Shown here piece after piece: positions 25,449-37,261 of a stretch of 64,000 nt of DNA. Position 1 is the stretch's first letter. Each line of letters starts with the position of its first letter. The notes beneath the pieces were generated by a model. The model searched no databases. It was not told the DNA's origin and saw only the letters and a program-made list of their open reading frames with translations. A program made the position numbers and the translations under genes. This DNA is from Daphnia carinata (taxonomy: Eukaryota), in the NCBI RefSeq assembly GCF_022539665.2, contig NC_081332.1, positions 4,774,001 to 4,838,000 on the forward strand, given 5' to 3'.

Positions 25449-28400
25449 TTAGATTGGAACGTATTCGCCTTTCGGTGTAGCAAACAGCTGACCCTTGACC
25501 AGACGACGTTTCAGTTCCGTCACTAGGAGCCTTTTTTCCTTCTTGATTTTGGTGAGAATGCCACGATTTTCTTGTGCTCGACGAGACAGGTATGGCAAAA
25601 CTTCATCTACTGGTCCATAAGGAACGTATTTGTAAACAGAGTATCCACTTTGACCTAAAATTTCAAACGATAGACAAAAGAAGCGTTGTTGTACATTAAC
25701 AATGGCAGATACGACTACTTCTAACTGACCAAGAGGGAACGAAATTTGGTCACACATTCCAAGCAATTGGCCGAAACAGATGACCTTGTCCTGTGCAGAA
25801 ATTCCAAGCTCTTCCATTCTGCAGAAACAACAAGCAAAGAACAGTGAATTTCAGAGGTATCAGTTTAAATAAATTAGATCTTCAAGATTTACTTCCTAAG
25901 TGCAAAGCGTACAGTATCCTCGTTGTGGCTTGCCACCATGACGCCGATACGTCGCTCGTTAGTCCTCGTTTTCATTTCTTTGATGCGCATGAGGCACTCC
26001 AACAATGTCTTTTCATACATTGCTGTTGTGGCTTCATAGGTAGGATTGACTGGATCTTCGTAGCCCAATGCCAAGGCACGAGCTCTTTCCTAATGAATAT
26101 TGTTGTTCAATTTTACACTCACCTTCTTTAAACAGGAGTATGACATTTAGTTACTTGTTCCATGTAAGCTCCTCGGACGAGTTTGGCACCAAAATAAAAA
26201 TTTTGCCTGTTAGCCTGCTCTAGATCCAGTACCACATTGTTGTAAGTTTCTTTAAGGTAGCACTGGTAAGTATTGAAGACGATGGCCTGATAGTATTTGC
26301 AGTGTTTAACTGGGGCTGTGATCCATGATGACTATACTACCTTTTCCTTGTTGTACTTTCTCATTAGTTCCATAGTCAGGCGAGAAATAGCAGGCTGGAA
26401 ATAGGATTGCTCAGCGTCGACCATCACCCGCACGTCCAAATCCCGAGCTGCCTATTAATTTTCATTTGAAATAACGCATCGTTTTTTAAAATTGAATTGG
26501 TTTTAAAAAAGTTTAGGCGATGAAACCGAGAAAATGGTGTTCAACCGTCGGAGCATATTGCATGCCATCTCTTCTTCTTCTGGAGAAAGGGCAGTTATCA
26601 AAGGTTCCATCCTTCCAGTTTGGAGGTTCGGTACTTTAAACAGATCGCTCAACAGGATATTGGCATCAATTAACCCGCTCCAGGAAAATAAGTGAATCAA
26701 ACTGAACGAAGAGAAGTCTGGATTACTTGGAACCATCTTATCGCTCGGTAATTGCATACGTACCCTTTCTGATCATAAGTCATTTGTTGCAGCCACTTTT
26801 GGACTGCTGCATTGTCTGTTAGGATATCAGCTTTTTCGAAACGTTTCTCGAAGATGGCTGGCGAAGCATTCTGTTGCAGGATATTGTTATCAGCTGAAAG
26901 GCCAGTTACTTCGGTAAAGTAGCGCCGACTGCGGGCAATGACTTCTGACAGTTGGAGCTGGAAAAAAAAGAAAAGCGAAAAAAGACAAACGTATGGGTGA
27001 ACGTGTTGTATCACAGCCGAAGAGGGAGTGACATACTAATAGCTGAGGCCGACCAAGCGCAGTCATTTTAATAGCAGCAAAGCCAGTGCTCTGAGTGGTG
27101 CCTTGAAAAGAATAACAAGATTAATTTACAGAACATTTAGATGAGATGGATTGCAATACCAGAAACAGCTTCGATGCACCGAAGGAAAATATCAACGTTC
27201 TTTTCACACTGAGCTTCATTGAGATAAAAATATGTTCGAGCAGAGTTAACATTCTGGCGACGATCGGCAAACTCCCGATGGGCGTGATATCTCTTAACTG
27301 TTTTTAAGTATACCATTTTATAAAGGCATCATTTTAGTATTGCAAATGGTACAATGTTAAAAACATAAAAAGAAAAAGTTATGTTTTTTTTTTTTTTTTT
27401 GCATATTGCTTGTTAATGTGCCCATATTCTCAATAGGAAAAAGAGTAGATCACCTGCTTCAGGAGAGTCGGCAGCAGGATCAACAGAGATTGCTGGAAAA
27501 AAAAATTCAAAAGGAATAAGATATGTTTTTCAGCGTGATTTTCTCATGAATGAAGAGTCACGGATTGTTATTTGTTTTTTATATTCTTACCCGCTGGATC
27601 AGGTGCTGCAGTGGTTGACACGCAAGACCTAGAATAAAAAAACGAGAAGAAAGAAAAAACGCAAATGTACCCAAAACTGAGGTGAAGGCTACACTGCATA
27701 TTCATGCGAATCCATCAGATAAAAAAAAATGGGAGACCCAATTCGAGTGTGTGGAGAAGGAAAATGCATAGTCGAAGAATCGTGATCAACACACAAATGC
27801 TTCACACACGACACGTATGTATCTCTTTTCACTTTCACAACAAAATTGATATTCTTCTTGTATCTAAAGACAACCGTTGTTTACAATAACATAACTCTAG
27901 ACTTTAACCGTCCTTTATCATTTGCCAGCCACCGAGAAGCGTCAAATCTGCAATTCTTAATGTATACGTGACAAGGACTGACATTTTTCGTCCGAGAAAA
28001 ACAAACGCATCAGCCCATCAAAAGAGGTCATCGCGAAAGCCCTCGAAAACTTGCCTTTTGTCACTAGGTAAACCCTAGACGCCAATTGACTTATCGCCAA
28101 AGGATCGACCTTGGCCAATATTTTTACTGGAACTCTATACTGGGCCAAGTTCGTCCCCCCTGAAATCGACTGATGACAACTAAAGTCGAACCATCACCGG
28201 TCTCCAAGAAACTAGACAGGTATAAGTAGTTTACGGCTATCAACGAAAAGGAAAATGGTTGGACATATTTATCTCATTGAGAATGTCTCCTCACGTCTTA
28301 CTCGTAGCCTTCAGCCACACAACGTGAAGCAATCTGGAATCCACTAGAAATGTTGACGTTGCGAACGTTTGGAGGCACGCGGCGGGCCCGCCTTGGCAAC

Positions 28401-29242
28401 GACACTAGTAACTATTATTAGGAAAGATGGTCTTTAGAAAAGAAGCCCTGCGATTGGTGATGGAGAGCTTTTGCGTCACACTGCGCAAGAGGTACCGGAA
28501 TGGCGTGATTGAAGCCACAGAATAAAAACAAGAAAAATTTGTACTCGCCGATAGAAACTGCTTGAATTCAAATTTGTCTTATATGACTTACGCCATTTCT
28601 TTTTCGGCTGCTTCTTCGGCGCTGATGTCTTCCTCAGCGGAATAATCCAAGATGGATTTGACTCCAAACGACCGCATACGTTGAATAACGGGCATAATAT
28701 CTTGTTGATTCTCGCCAGCAACGAATTGTCCATAGAATGTTGCCTTCATCAACGATTTGAAAAGACGTTTGCCCAAGACCTTCTTTCCCAATTTCATTAG
28801 CTGCCAGCAGTGTTAAAACACGTAAATAATTATTGTTCTTGTTACTACCGAATATGTCAAACGAGTCATGCTGTGTCCCATAATGTCTTCTTACCTTCAT
28901 ATTGTTCTCAACCAAATAGTTGGAAGAACAAAGCGTGAAAACCAAATAGGCACGAAGGATCTGTAATGTAGTTTTACTGCGAAATGCAGCTTCGGCATTG
29001 TCAAAAGACAAGTCCAGTGGATCTCGTCGTCCTATTGAAGCAGACGCGGGGAGAGCCGTTTTACCGTCATCGCTGATGTCTGTTTGTCGTTTGTTAATAC
29101 CCACACTCAGATTGGTCGGTGGGGGAGGACTTGCGAGTCCTCGGGTTTCGATTGGAAATTGTTTTCCAACTGGCAATCGAGAATTGTGAAGAAAGAGAAC
29201 TCGAGTCCACTGGGCACAGGAACGATTCATGGCGGTATACAT
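25449..29242 (-). CDS. PRODH: Proline dehydrogenase, mitochondrial (sluggish A orthologue), multi-exon
   Basis: Exons encode [78 protein letters not shown] and [26 protein letters not shown] at 29242, TAA at 25449-25451. Confidence 0.95.
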
Positions 29243-29595
29243 CACTTTTTAGGAGGAAATAAATGAAAGTTTCTTTAAAATAGTTGTTGATTGGGATGCA
29301 AGGGATAGTAGTTTGGAGATAGACCACACTCAGACAAGCCAGAACACTAAACTGCCTCGCACTCGGCTCCGACAGTCAAGATATATAGACCCGCCTCGTC
29401 TGCATGTACTAGCTTCCATACGTCACCGTCATTTAACCGCCAATACCAACTTATGTAAGAAGTATATAGTGTCCCTCACTGTTGACAAGTCTGATTAAAT
29501 TCCACTGAAAAAAATTGTACCTCTAGGCTATAGCGATTGAACGGACTTGATTATAAATTTCCCAATAGGGGATCCTGGTTAGATCACTTCATCAC

Positions 29596-30235
29596 CCCTA
29601 CGTACGTGGCGCGTACGCCGATTTGTAGTATTTTGGGCACAACATTTTAAGCCCGAACAAATGTTGCTTGGTAGTTTGCGATGCCTCCGTAAGATGCTTT
29701 GATGAAATGGTGACCATAACTACGCAAACGTAAAAAATTTAAGCCAACAAAATAAGCCCGACTTTTATTTTTTTATGGTTAATTCAAAAACTATAAGGCC
29801 GATTCAAAAACTAACCTTATTTTCGTGAATAGCATTCCATTGTGCATCGAAATCACGCATTTAAGCAAAATTTAAAATTTGGCCAAAATTGAAAAAGTAA
29901 GAAGGCTATAGCCTCCCCACTTTTTCGATTTTCGTCAAATTCTATATTTCCTTAAAAATACATTACTCCGATTCGAAATTGATCGCTGATCACGAAAATC
30001 TGGTTTATTTTTATATTACGCTTATTCTTTTTGAAAAAACCGTAAAAAACAGATAAAAAAATTTGTTTAAAAACTCATTTTTTTTCAAACAAAAGTAATT
30101 TTATTAACAAAAAATAAAAAACTAATAATTAATTTTTGATTAAAATTAATAAAACTAGTCGGGCTTATTTTGTCGGGCTTAAATTTTTTGCCTATTAAAA
30201 AATAATATCATTAGATCTACGTAACGTAACTAAGT
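29596..30235. mobile_element. AT-rich non-autonomous DNA-transposon-like sequence with internal inverted and direct repeats, left flank of the palindrome
   Basis: Inverted pair aaaaaatttaagccaacaaaataagcccgact (~29732-29763) / agtcgggcttattttgtcgggcttaaatttttt (~30157-30189). Direct repeat gaaaaagtaagaaggctat at ~29891 and ~30242. tcgaaattgatcgctgat (~29973) recurs as tcgaaattgaacgctgat (~35352). Confidence 0.45.
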
Positions 30236-30470
30236 AAAAATGAAAAAGTAAGAAGGCTATTATGGCAATCCGTTTTACACAAATAAAAAAAAAAAATTTC
30301 GCCAAAAAAAAAAAATTCACACTTTTTTCTTTTTTTCCGACACGTAGCCATCTACCGCTCAGACTCGTTATTACTGGGGTAGGGCAATTTCAGTCCATTG
30401 AATGCCATTCGCAGTTAGTTCAGTAGCGTGGATGGAGAGAATAATGCGTGGTTGGAGGAACAATTAAAAA

Positions 30471-31730
30471 ATGGATAAGATAATACAACAAAAGGATGGT
30501 AAGTATAAACATTATTATATTGGTTTTCACTTATTAATTATTGTTTATTAGATCAAATTATGAAGCTGCAGGCCCAATTATTGGAACAACACAAAATATT
30601 AGATAACAGCAAAGCTAAGGATGGTAAGGCCTAATACATAATGATTCTATTTATTTGCTTTTATTCATTTGTGTTTTGTAGCTCAAATTTTGAGTCTACA
30701 AGCTCAGCTAGGGGAAAAGAACAAATTGGAACGGAACAGTTTCCAAACAGTGAAGGAGGTTTTTCCAAACTCATCCCTAACTGAACATGAGGATGAATTG
30801 GCATTAGGCGAACACAGTCAGGTACCTAAACTTTTCAAATAAGAATTCAAAATAAGTATAGAATTTTAACAAACAATTATTTATTGTTTAGTTATTCAGT
30901 CTACCACCTGACAGTGTGTTAAAGTTAAATTCTGTTAGTGCTGCACTAAAAGAATTGTTAGTAATAAGTCAATGCAGCGAAGGAAGTGAACACTTGTGGG
31001 ACCGTATTTGGGCTGAAAATGGGTGGGGTACGGAAACCCAGAAATAGCACGAGTTCAACATAAAACATGAATTAGGTACTTTTCGGTTTTTTGTCTATCG
31101 AAAAAGTATTTTTAATGCTATTATTTTGCATTCACAGAATTTTAGTGGGGGATCAAGTCAAGTCTGGAAGTGTTACAGGATGGAAGAGTCAGCCTACAGT
31201 TGAAAAACACTGAAAGTGCATTACCATTAAGGTATGAGGTAAAGTAATAGAGTATGCAAATTGTCTAATGAGAAGTACCATCTTGTGTGAATGAATCCTG
31301 TGTAACAGCAATCCTTTATAGTTCTGTCACAGCTAGAAGCCTCAAATAATTCCGCTTCTCTTGCTAAAGAACAACTTGTCCTTACGTTCAGAGTGTTGCT
31401 GAAGCTGGGTACTTAAATGGCCCTAAAGATGTTTCATTTTGTTGGCATTGCAGCGATGAACATCATACATGGACTTTTTAGGTATGAAAGGAATTTTCTT
31501 GAAAATTTTTTGAATTTATGATAAAGCATTTCTCCTGCTTTTTGCCAACCATGTCTAATCTAAAAAAAAATTTATCCAATAGGAAAGGATTTTCAGCATA
31601 CTGGGAACACAACTATCAACAATGCAACATTCTAGGGGTGCTATTTTATCATTCAAGAGCCTTATACAATGATCTTCATCTGCAATTTGTATGTCCTTTC
31701 CCAAGCTTCTGCCAGAAGTTGAATCTATAA
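30471..31730 (+). pseudogene. Left-arm copy of a disabled spliced gene (coiled-coil N-terminus, Cys/His-rich C-terminal part)
   Basis: Short GT-AG introns at ~30499-30551, 30624-30681, 30822-30891 and 31076-31137 join MDKIIQQKD/QIMKLQAQLLEQ/QILSLQAQLGEKNKLE/LWDRIWAENG...CVNESC...CPY...CWHCSDEHH. Several in-frame stops, including TAG at ~31045. Confidence 0.6.
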
Positions 31731-32611
31731 GTCATGTAAGTCACATGAGCAACAATTGAGATGTTTAATGGTGTTGTTTTTCTTTTCTCAATATAGGTTA
31801 ATAGTAACATTGGATCTGAAAAGATTCTTGGTTGGGGCAAGACACTGAATAAATTGTATTGATTTGATGGATGACATGACATTTCTATACTTCATTCGGA
31901 TTCCCGAGACGGTATTTTATATTTAAAAATTGAAGTGCATATCTGGGCTCCCTTCCTTTCCGTAGCCCCGTTTCCCCTTGACTCGTAATAAGCCCGTAGG
32001 GGGTCATGCCCCTACTGTACGGTATATATAAAAACAACATATACCGAGGTTTGGAGGGCTCTGGCCGGAAAGGGGACGTGGATGTCCGCTTAGTCCGATG
32101 ATGTGTTCACGGAGGGCTCTGTGGCTACCCACAAATCCGAACTAAAGGTTAATCGCTCCTGTAAAAATGTTCCAAATCTTCAGCTCTTCTTCCGGCTTCT
32201 CTTAGCCAATCACCGGGTAATCTCCCCGGTGGGTCAACAAGGCAGTGTCTCCCCCTGCCTGGGTTGACGGCAACTTTTGAAAGGGCTATTGTGCCTTTTT
32301 AAAGTTGCAAAAATAATTGTAATGTGCAGAGAATTGTCAATAAAATTTTATTTATAAAATATTTTTTGCAAAATTTGTTTCTTCCATTGTCTGTGTTACC
32401 CGTATTCACACATAACATTTATCAACTTTTTTTTTATTGCTTTGCTTTATTTGTTTTCATCACCTTTGATGGTAAGCATTGTTTCCATTGGTTTATCGTT
32501 TATCTGAAAGTATTCAATTATTATTTATTACACTCTTGGAATTCTTCAACTTAGATTCAAGGAACAACGTGTAATATCTGGATATTTTTTGAAGTAATTT
32601 TGTATTTTGTT

Positions 32612-32683
32612 TTACTCGTATGGGAACCGATCCCCAGACATTCAGCGTGCAACGCCGATGCTCTAACATTGAGCCACGAGATA
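32612..32683 (-). other. tRNA-like (pseudo-tRNA/SINE-head-like) unit
   Basis: Minus strand: TGGCTCAATGTTAGAGC (A box/D arm), anticodon arm tcggc-GTTGCAC-gctga (TGC) and degenerate B box GGATCGGTTCC. No proper acceptor stem. Confidence 0.6.
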
Positions 32684-32778
32684 TATCTAAATATTTTATT
32701 ATCGCATATCATATGTTATCGTCTAGATGTTTATGCAGTCTTTCACAACTATATGTTTATCTTTCTAATTCTTTCATA

Positions 32779-32850
32779 AGGTTCATAGCTCTGTGGTAGA
32801 GCCTTTAGCTGCGATACCTGATATCCTGGGTTCAAACCTTAGTAGACGTG
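32779..32850 (+). other. tRNA-like unit
   Basis: TAGCTCTGTGGTAGAGC (A box) and GGTTCAAACCT (B box) at tRNA spacing. Anticodon and acceptor stems are poor. Confidence 0.55.
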
Positions 32851-32965
32851 TAAAAATGAAGTAGAATAAATGTAGAAGAGTATATCGTAGAATTGCTTTT
32901 CAGTTTTATTATAAGTGTAAATGCAAGTCCACAAGTGACTAGAAAAAAGCCAACTTGTAATCATA

Positions 32966-33036
32966 TGATTCATGGCTCATTGGTAGAGCATGGGCGCGTT
33001 GTGCCGAACATCCGGGTTCGATCCCTGGATAATAAT
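32966..33036 (+). other. tRNA-like unit with consensus B box
   Basis: TGGCTCATTGGTAGAGC (A box) and GGTTCGATCCC (33015-33025, consensus B box) in a T-arm hairpin. Acceptor stem is absent. Confidence 0.65.
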
Positions 33037-33816
33037 AGAATGCTTACAGATAAACGATAATCCAATGGAAACAATGCCGACCATCAAGGATGATAAAAAC
33101 AAATAAAGCAATATAAAAAAAGTTGATGTATGTAATGTGTGAACACAGCTAACACAGACAATGGAAGAAACAAATTTTGCAAAAAATATTTTATAAATAA
33201 AATTTTATTGACAATTCTCTGCACATTACAATTATTTTTGCAACTTTAAAAAGGCACAATAGCCCTTTCAAAAGTTGCCGTCAACCCAGGCAGGGGGAGA
33301 CACTGCCTTGTTGACCCACCGGGGAGATTACCCGGTGATTGGCTAAGAGAAGCCGGAAGAAGAGCTGAAGATTTGGAACATTTTTACAGGAGCGATTAAC
33401 CTTTAGTTCGGATTTGTGGGTAGCCAGAGCCCTCCGTGAACACATCATCGGACTAAGCGGACATCCACGTCCCCTTTCCGGCCAGAGCCCTCCAAACCTC
33501 GGTATATGTTGTTTTTATATATACCGTACAGTAGGGGCATGACCCCCTACGGGCTTATTACGAGTCAAGGGGAAACGGGGCTACGGAAAGGAAGGGAGCC
33601 CAGATATGCACTTCAATTTTTTAAATATAAAATACCGTCTCGGGAATCCGAATGAAGTATAGAAATGTCATGTCATCCATTCAATCATTACAATTTATTC
33701 AGTGTCATGCCCCAACCAAGAATTTTTTCAGATCCAATGTTACTATTAACCTAGACTGAGAAAAGAAAAACACCATTAAGCATCTCAATTGTTGCTCATG
33801 TGACTTACATGACTCA

Positions 33817-35073
33817 TAGATTCAACTTCTAGCAGAAGCTTGGGAAAGGCCATACAAATTGCAGATGAAAATCATTGTATAAGGCTCTTGAATGATAAAA
33901 TAAAACCCCTAGAATGTTGCATTGTTGATAGTTGTGTTCCCAGTACGCTGAAAATCCTTTCCTATTGGATAATTTTTTTTTTGTAGATTAGACATGGTTG
34001 GCAAAAAGGAGGAGAAAAGCTTCATCATAAATTCAAAAAATTTTCAAGAAAATTCCTTTCATACCTAAAGAGTCTATGTATGATGTTCATCGCTGCAATG
34101 CCAGTGAAGTGAAACATCTTTAGGGCCATTTAAGTACCCAGCTTCACCAACACTGAGCGTAAAGGACAAGATGTTCTTTAGCAAGGGAAGCAGAATTATT
34201 TGAGGCTTCTAGCTGTGACAGAACTATAAAGGATTGCTGTTATACAGGATTCATTCACACAAGATGGTACTTCTCATTAGACAATGTGCATACCCTATTA
34301 CTTTACCTCATACCTTAATGGTAATGCACTCTCTGTGTTTTTTTCAACTATAGGCTGACTCTTCCATCCTGTAACACTTCCAGACTTGACTTGATCCCCT
34401 TCTAAAATTCTGTGAATGCAAAATAATAGCATTAAAAATACTTTTTCAATAGACAAAAAACCGAAAAGTACCTAATCCATGTTTCATGTTGAACTTGTGC
34501 CATTTCTGGGTTTCTGTACCACACCCATTTTCGGCCCAAATACGGTCCCACAATTGTTCAGTTCCTTCACTGCATGGGCTTATTACTAACAATTCTTTTA
34601 GTGCAGCACTAACAGAATTTAACTTTAACACACTGTCAGGTAGTGGACTGAAAAACTAAACAAGAAATAATTGTTTTTTAAAATTCTATACTTATTTTGA
34701 ATTCTTATTTGAAAAGTTTAGGTACCTGGCTGTGTTCACCTAATGCCAACTCATCCTCATGTTCAGTTAGGGATGAGTTTGAAAAACCTCCTTCACTGTT
34801 TGGAAACTGTTCCGTTCCAATTTGTTCTTTTCCCCTAGCTGAGCTTGTAGACTCAAAATTTGAGCTACAAAACACAAATGAATAAAAGCAAATAAATAGA
34901 ATCATTACGTATTAGGCCTACGATCCTTAGCTTTGTTGTTATCTAATATTTTGTGTTGTTCCAATAACTGGGCCTGCAGCTTCATAATTTGATCTAATAA
35001 ACAATAATTAATAATTGAAAACCAATATAATAATGTTTATACTTACCATTTTTTTGTTTTATTATCTTATCCA
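33817..35073 (-). pseudogene. Right-arm copy of the same disabled gene
   Basis: Mirror of the left copy. Retains TGG where the left copy has TAG, but lacks one C near 34780 (frameshift). Confidence 0.6.
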
Positions 35074-35866
35074 TTTTTCAATTGTTCCTCCAGCCACGCG
35101 TTATTCTCCATCCACGCTACTGAACTAACTGCGAATGGAATCCAATGGACTGAAATTGCCTACGCCAGTCATAACGAGTCTGAGCGGTAGATGGCTACGT
35201 GTCGGAAAAAAAAGAAAAAAATGATTTTTTTTTTTTTTTTTGGCGAAATTTTTTTTTTTGTGTGTAAAACGGATTGCCATACCTTCATACTTTTTCATTT
35301 TTCGGCCAAAAACGACATCTCTTGGAATTCAACGAAAATCACAGTGTACAATCGAAATTGAACGCTGATTTCAAATTAGTGATTTGTTTTGTTCTAAAAT
35401 CAGCCATTTTAGAAAATAAAAGAAAAAATGCAATGAGCACACCAACTTTTTTTGTTTTTTAGCGCAACGACTTTTATATTTTATTTTACCGAAAAACCCT
35501 AAATTCCATGCCAAAATAAACTATTTGCGTTTAATTCTGGTTATGCCACGGGATTTTTTTCCTTCGAGGCTATCGGGAATCTGCGAACACCGGAAGCTGT
35601 TGAATATTATATGCCGGGAGTAACATTTCTTTTATAGTCAAACTAGATGGCGTTGTGGTGCCTCTATTGTTTGTGATTACTCACGATTAGTAGACATAAA
35701 GTTTCTGTATCTTTCAAAAATCTGTAACGGAGATAGTGTTCTAAAACAATCTTCCATCTACGTTTCCATTCACCGTGTGCCTGCGCATTCGCTTCGAAAT
35801 TCAGCTTTGTGACACTACGGTTTTTAGCTTGTGTTTCTTGACTAAACCGGAAAACTGCATACAAAG

Positions 35867-36759
35867 ATGACAAAGGGATTGATAATTCATACTGGTAATA
35901 TTTTACAGCTGCCAGATTTGAAAAGAAAACCAGGCCACACACCTGCTGATGAGGTTCAAATTATATTTTGGTCTTTACAGTTCATTTCTGAATAAAAATT
36001 TTTTTTCTTTAGCTGTATGATGCCTTGAAAATTCAACTGTGTAAAGCACCAACTAATGGGAATGCTGAGGTAAAGACAAATCTTATTCCTTATCAGTTAA
36101 TTTTAACATGCATTTATTACCTATATTTTTAGATTCTTGCTCCGTTGGAACTGTCATCTCTTCTAGTCCCTGATGAACGCAATTCACAAAAAATTACTGT
36201 AAAATTATTTCTTTCATCTCCTCAACCAGAATTGATCAAAACAGCCTTGACAGCAGGTATATCAAATGCTAATTCTTATAATATTTTATCTTCTCAATAA
36301 ATCACATAACCCACAGCTTTGAATGACCTTGGATCAACTTGTGCTGATCTGTTCATAATCTCTTGGCCTGCTGGTATCAGCAAAGAGGATGGCATCACAT
36401 TGTGGAATGCTATGGAGACAGTGGTTGATCAGGAACTAGCATATTCTTTAGGAATTAGTGATGTTGACACACAAGCGTTTGTTGAACTTCACAACTCTTC
36501 TCGAATTAAACCTGAGGCTATTCAGATAAACCTTGAAAGCTGTTGTGTAGTACCTCCTGAATTAGTTACCTTCACAAGAGAGAATAACATCCAACTATTG
36601 ACCCACAATGATCCACAGAATATCTTACCAGCTGAAACTTTGAAGACAGTTGTCCCATCTCTTCAAGAAGTAATCTGGACTGTGAGGTATCAAACATTGC
36701 TTCGTTGTAGAGGCATTATAAAAAACAAAGGATATGTTGTCAGCACCTACACTGCCTAA
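35867..36759 (+). CDS. GCLM: Glutamate-cysteine ligase modifier (regulatory) subunit; exons ~35867-35953, 36013-36069, 36133-36256, 36316-36759
   Basis: IHTGNIL, KITVKLF, LGISD, QINLESCCVVPPEL, IQLLTHNDP and LRCRGIIKNKGY motifs; canonical splice sites. Confidence 0.92.
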
Positions 36760-37261
36760 AGGGAATTTGAAGTAGTTTTGTTATATTCTTTTGTAAGTGA
36801 GCTTGTTCTTGCTATTTTGCATCAGAATTTTAGTACTTTATGTTTAATCATCGCATTTATATGTATACTTATTATTAAAATGAATAATTTGCATGTTAAA
36901 GGTGTAGATTAATTGTTCATTTCCTTTCATTGGCTTAGACTACTATACCAGTACCATTTTACGCACAAAAGCCAATTATGTTGTTAAAAACAGTACAATT
37001 ATGACATTAAAATGAAAGATTACCTTAAATTACAAATATAAGATGTGACAACAATCCGTCAGTAGCATTACTTTCCTTTATATTCAAGAGTGTCAAATTG
37101 AACATACGGTACATTTGGCATCGTACTGCACTGTAAATAAAAAAAACGAAAGATTATCATATATCTGTATGACTGCAATTATCGTTACACACCTTAGAAA
37201 TTCATAACTTTGAATTGATGCCGAAAAATATACCTTGCCGCTTGAATCAGTGGTCTAAACT

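Larger units (their letters stand above)
30236..35301. repeat. Large inverted repeat (palindrome): arms ~30236-32524 and ~33029-35301, spacer ~500 bp
   Basis: Reverse-complement match along ~2.3 kb, e.g. ccgacacgtagccatctaccgctcagactcgtta (30337) versus taacgagtctgagcggtagatggctacgtgtcgg (35172). The arms differ by scattered substitutions and small indels. Confidence 0.97.

Noticed and set aside
32040..32285. Telomerase RNA, RNase P/MRP, hammerhead ribozyme or Fanzor omegaRNA identity
   Set aside because: No TTAGG template, no recognisable P4 or CUGANGA/GAAA cores, and no RuvC motifs in the adjacent pseudogene.
32612..33036. Functional tRNA genes
   Set aside because: Acceptor stems do not pair and anticodon loops are non-canonical.
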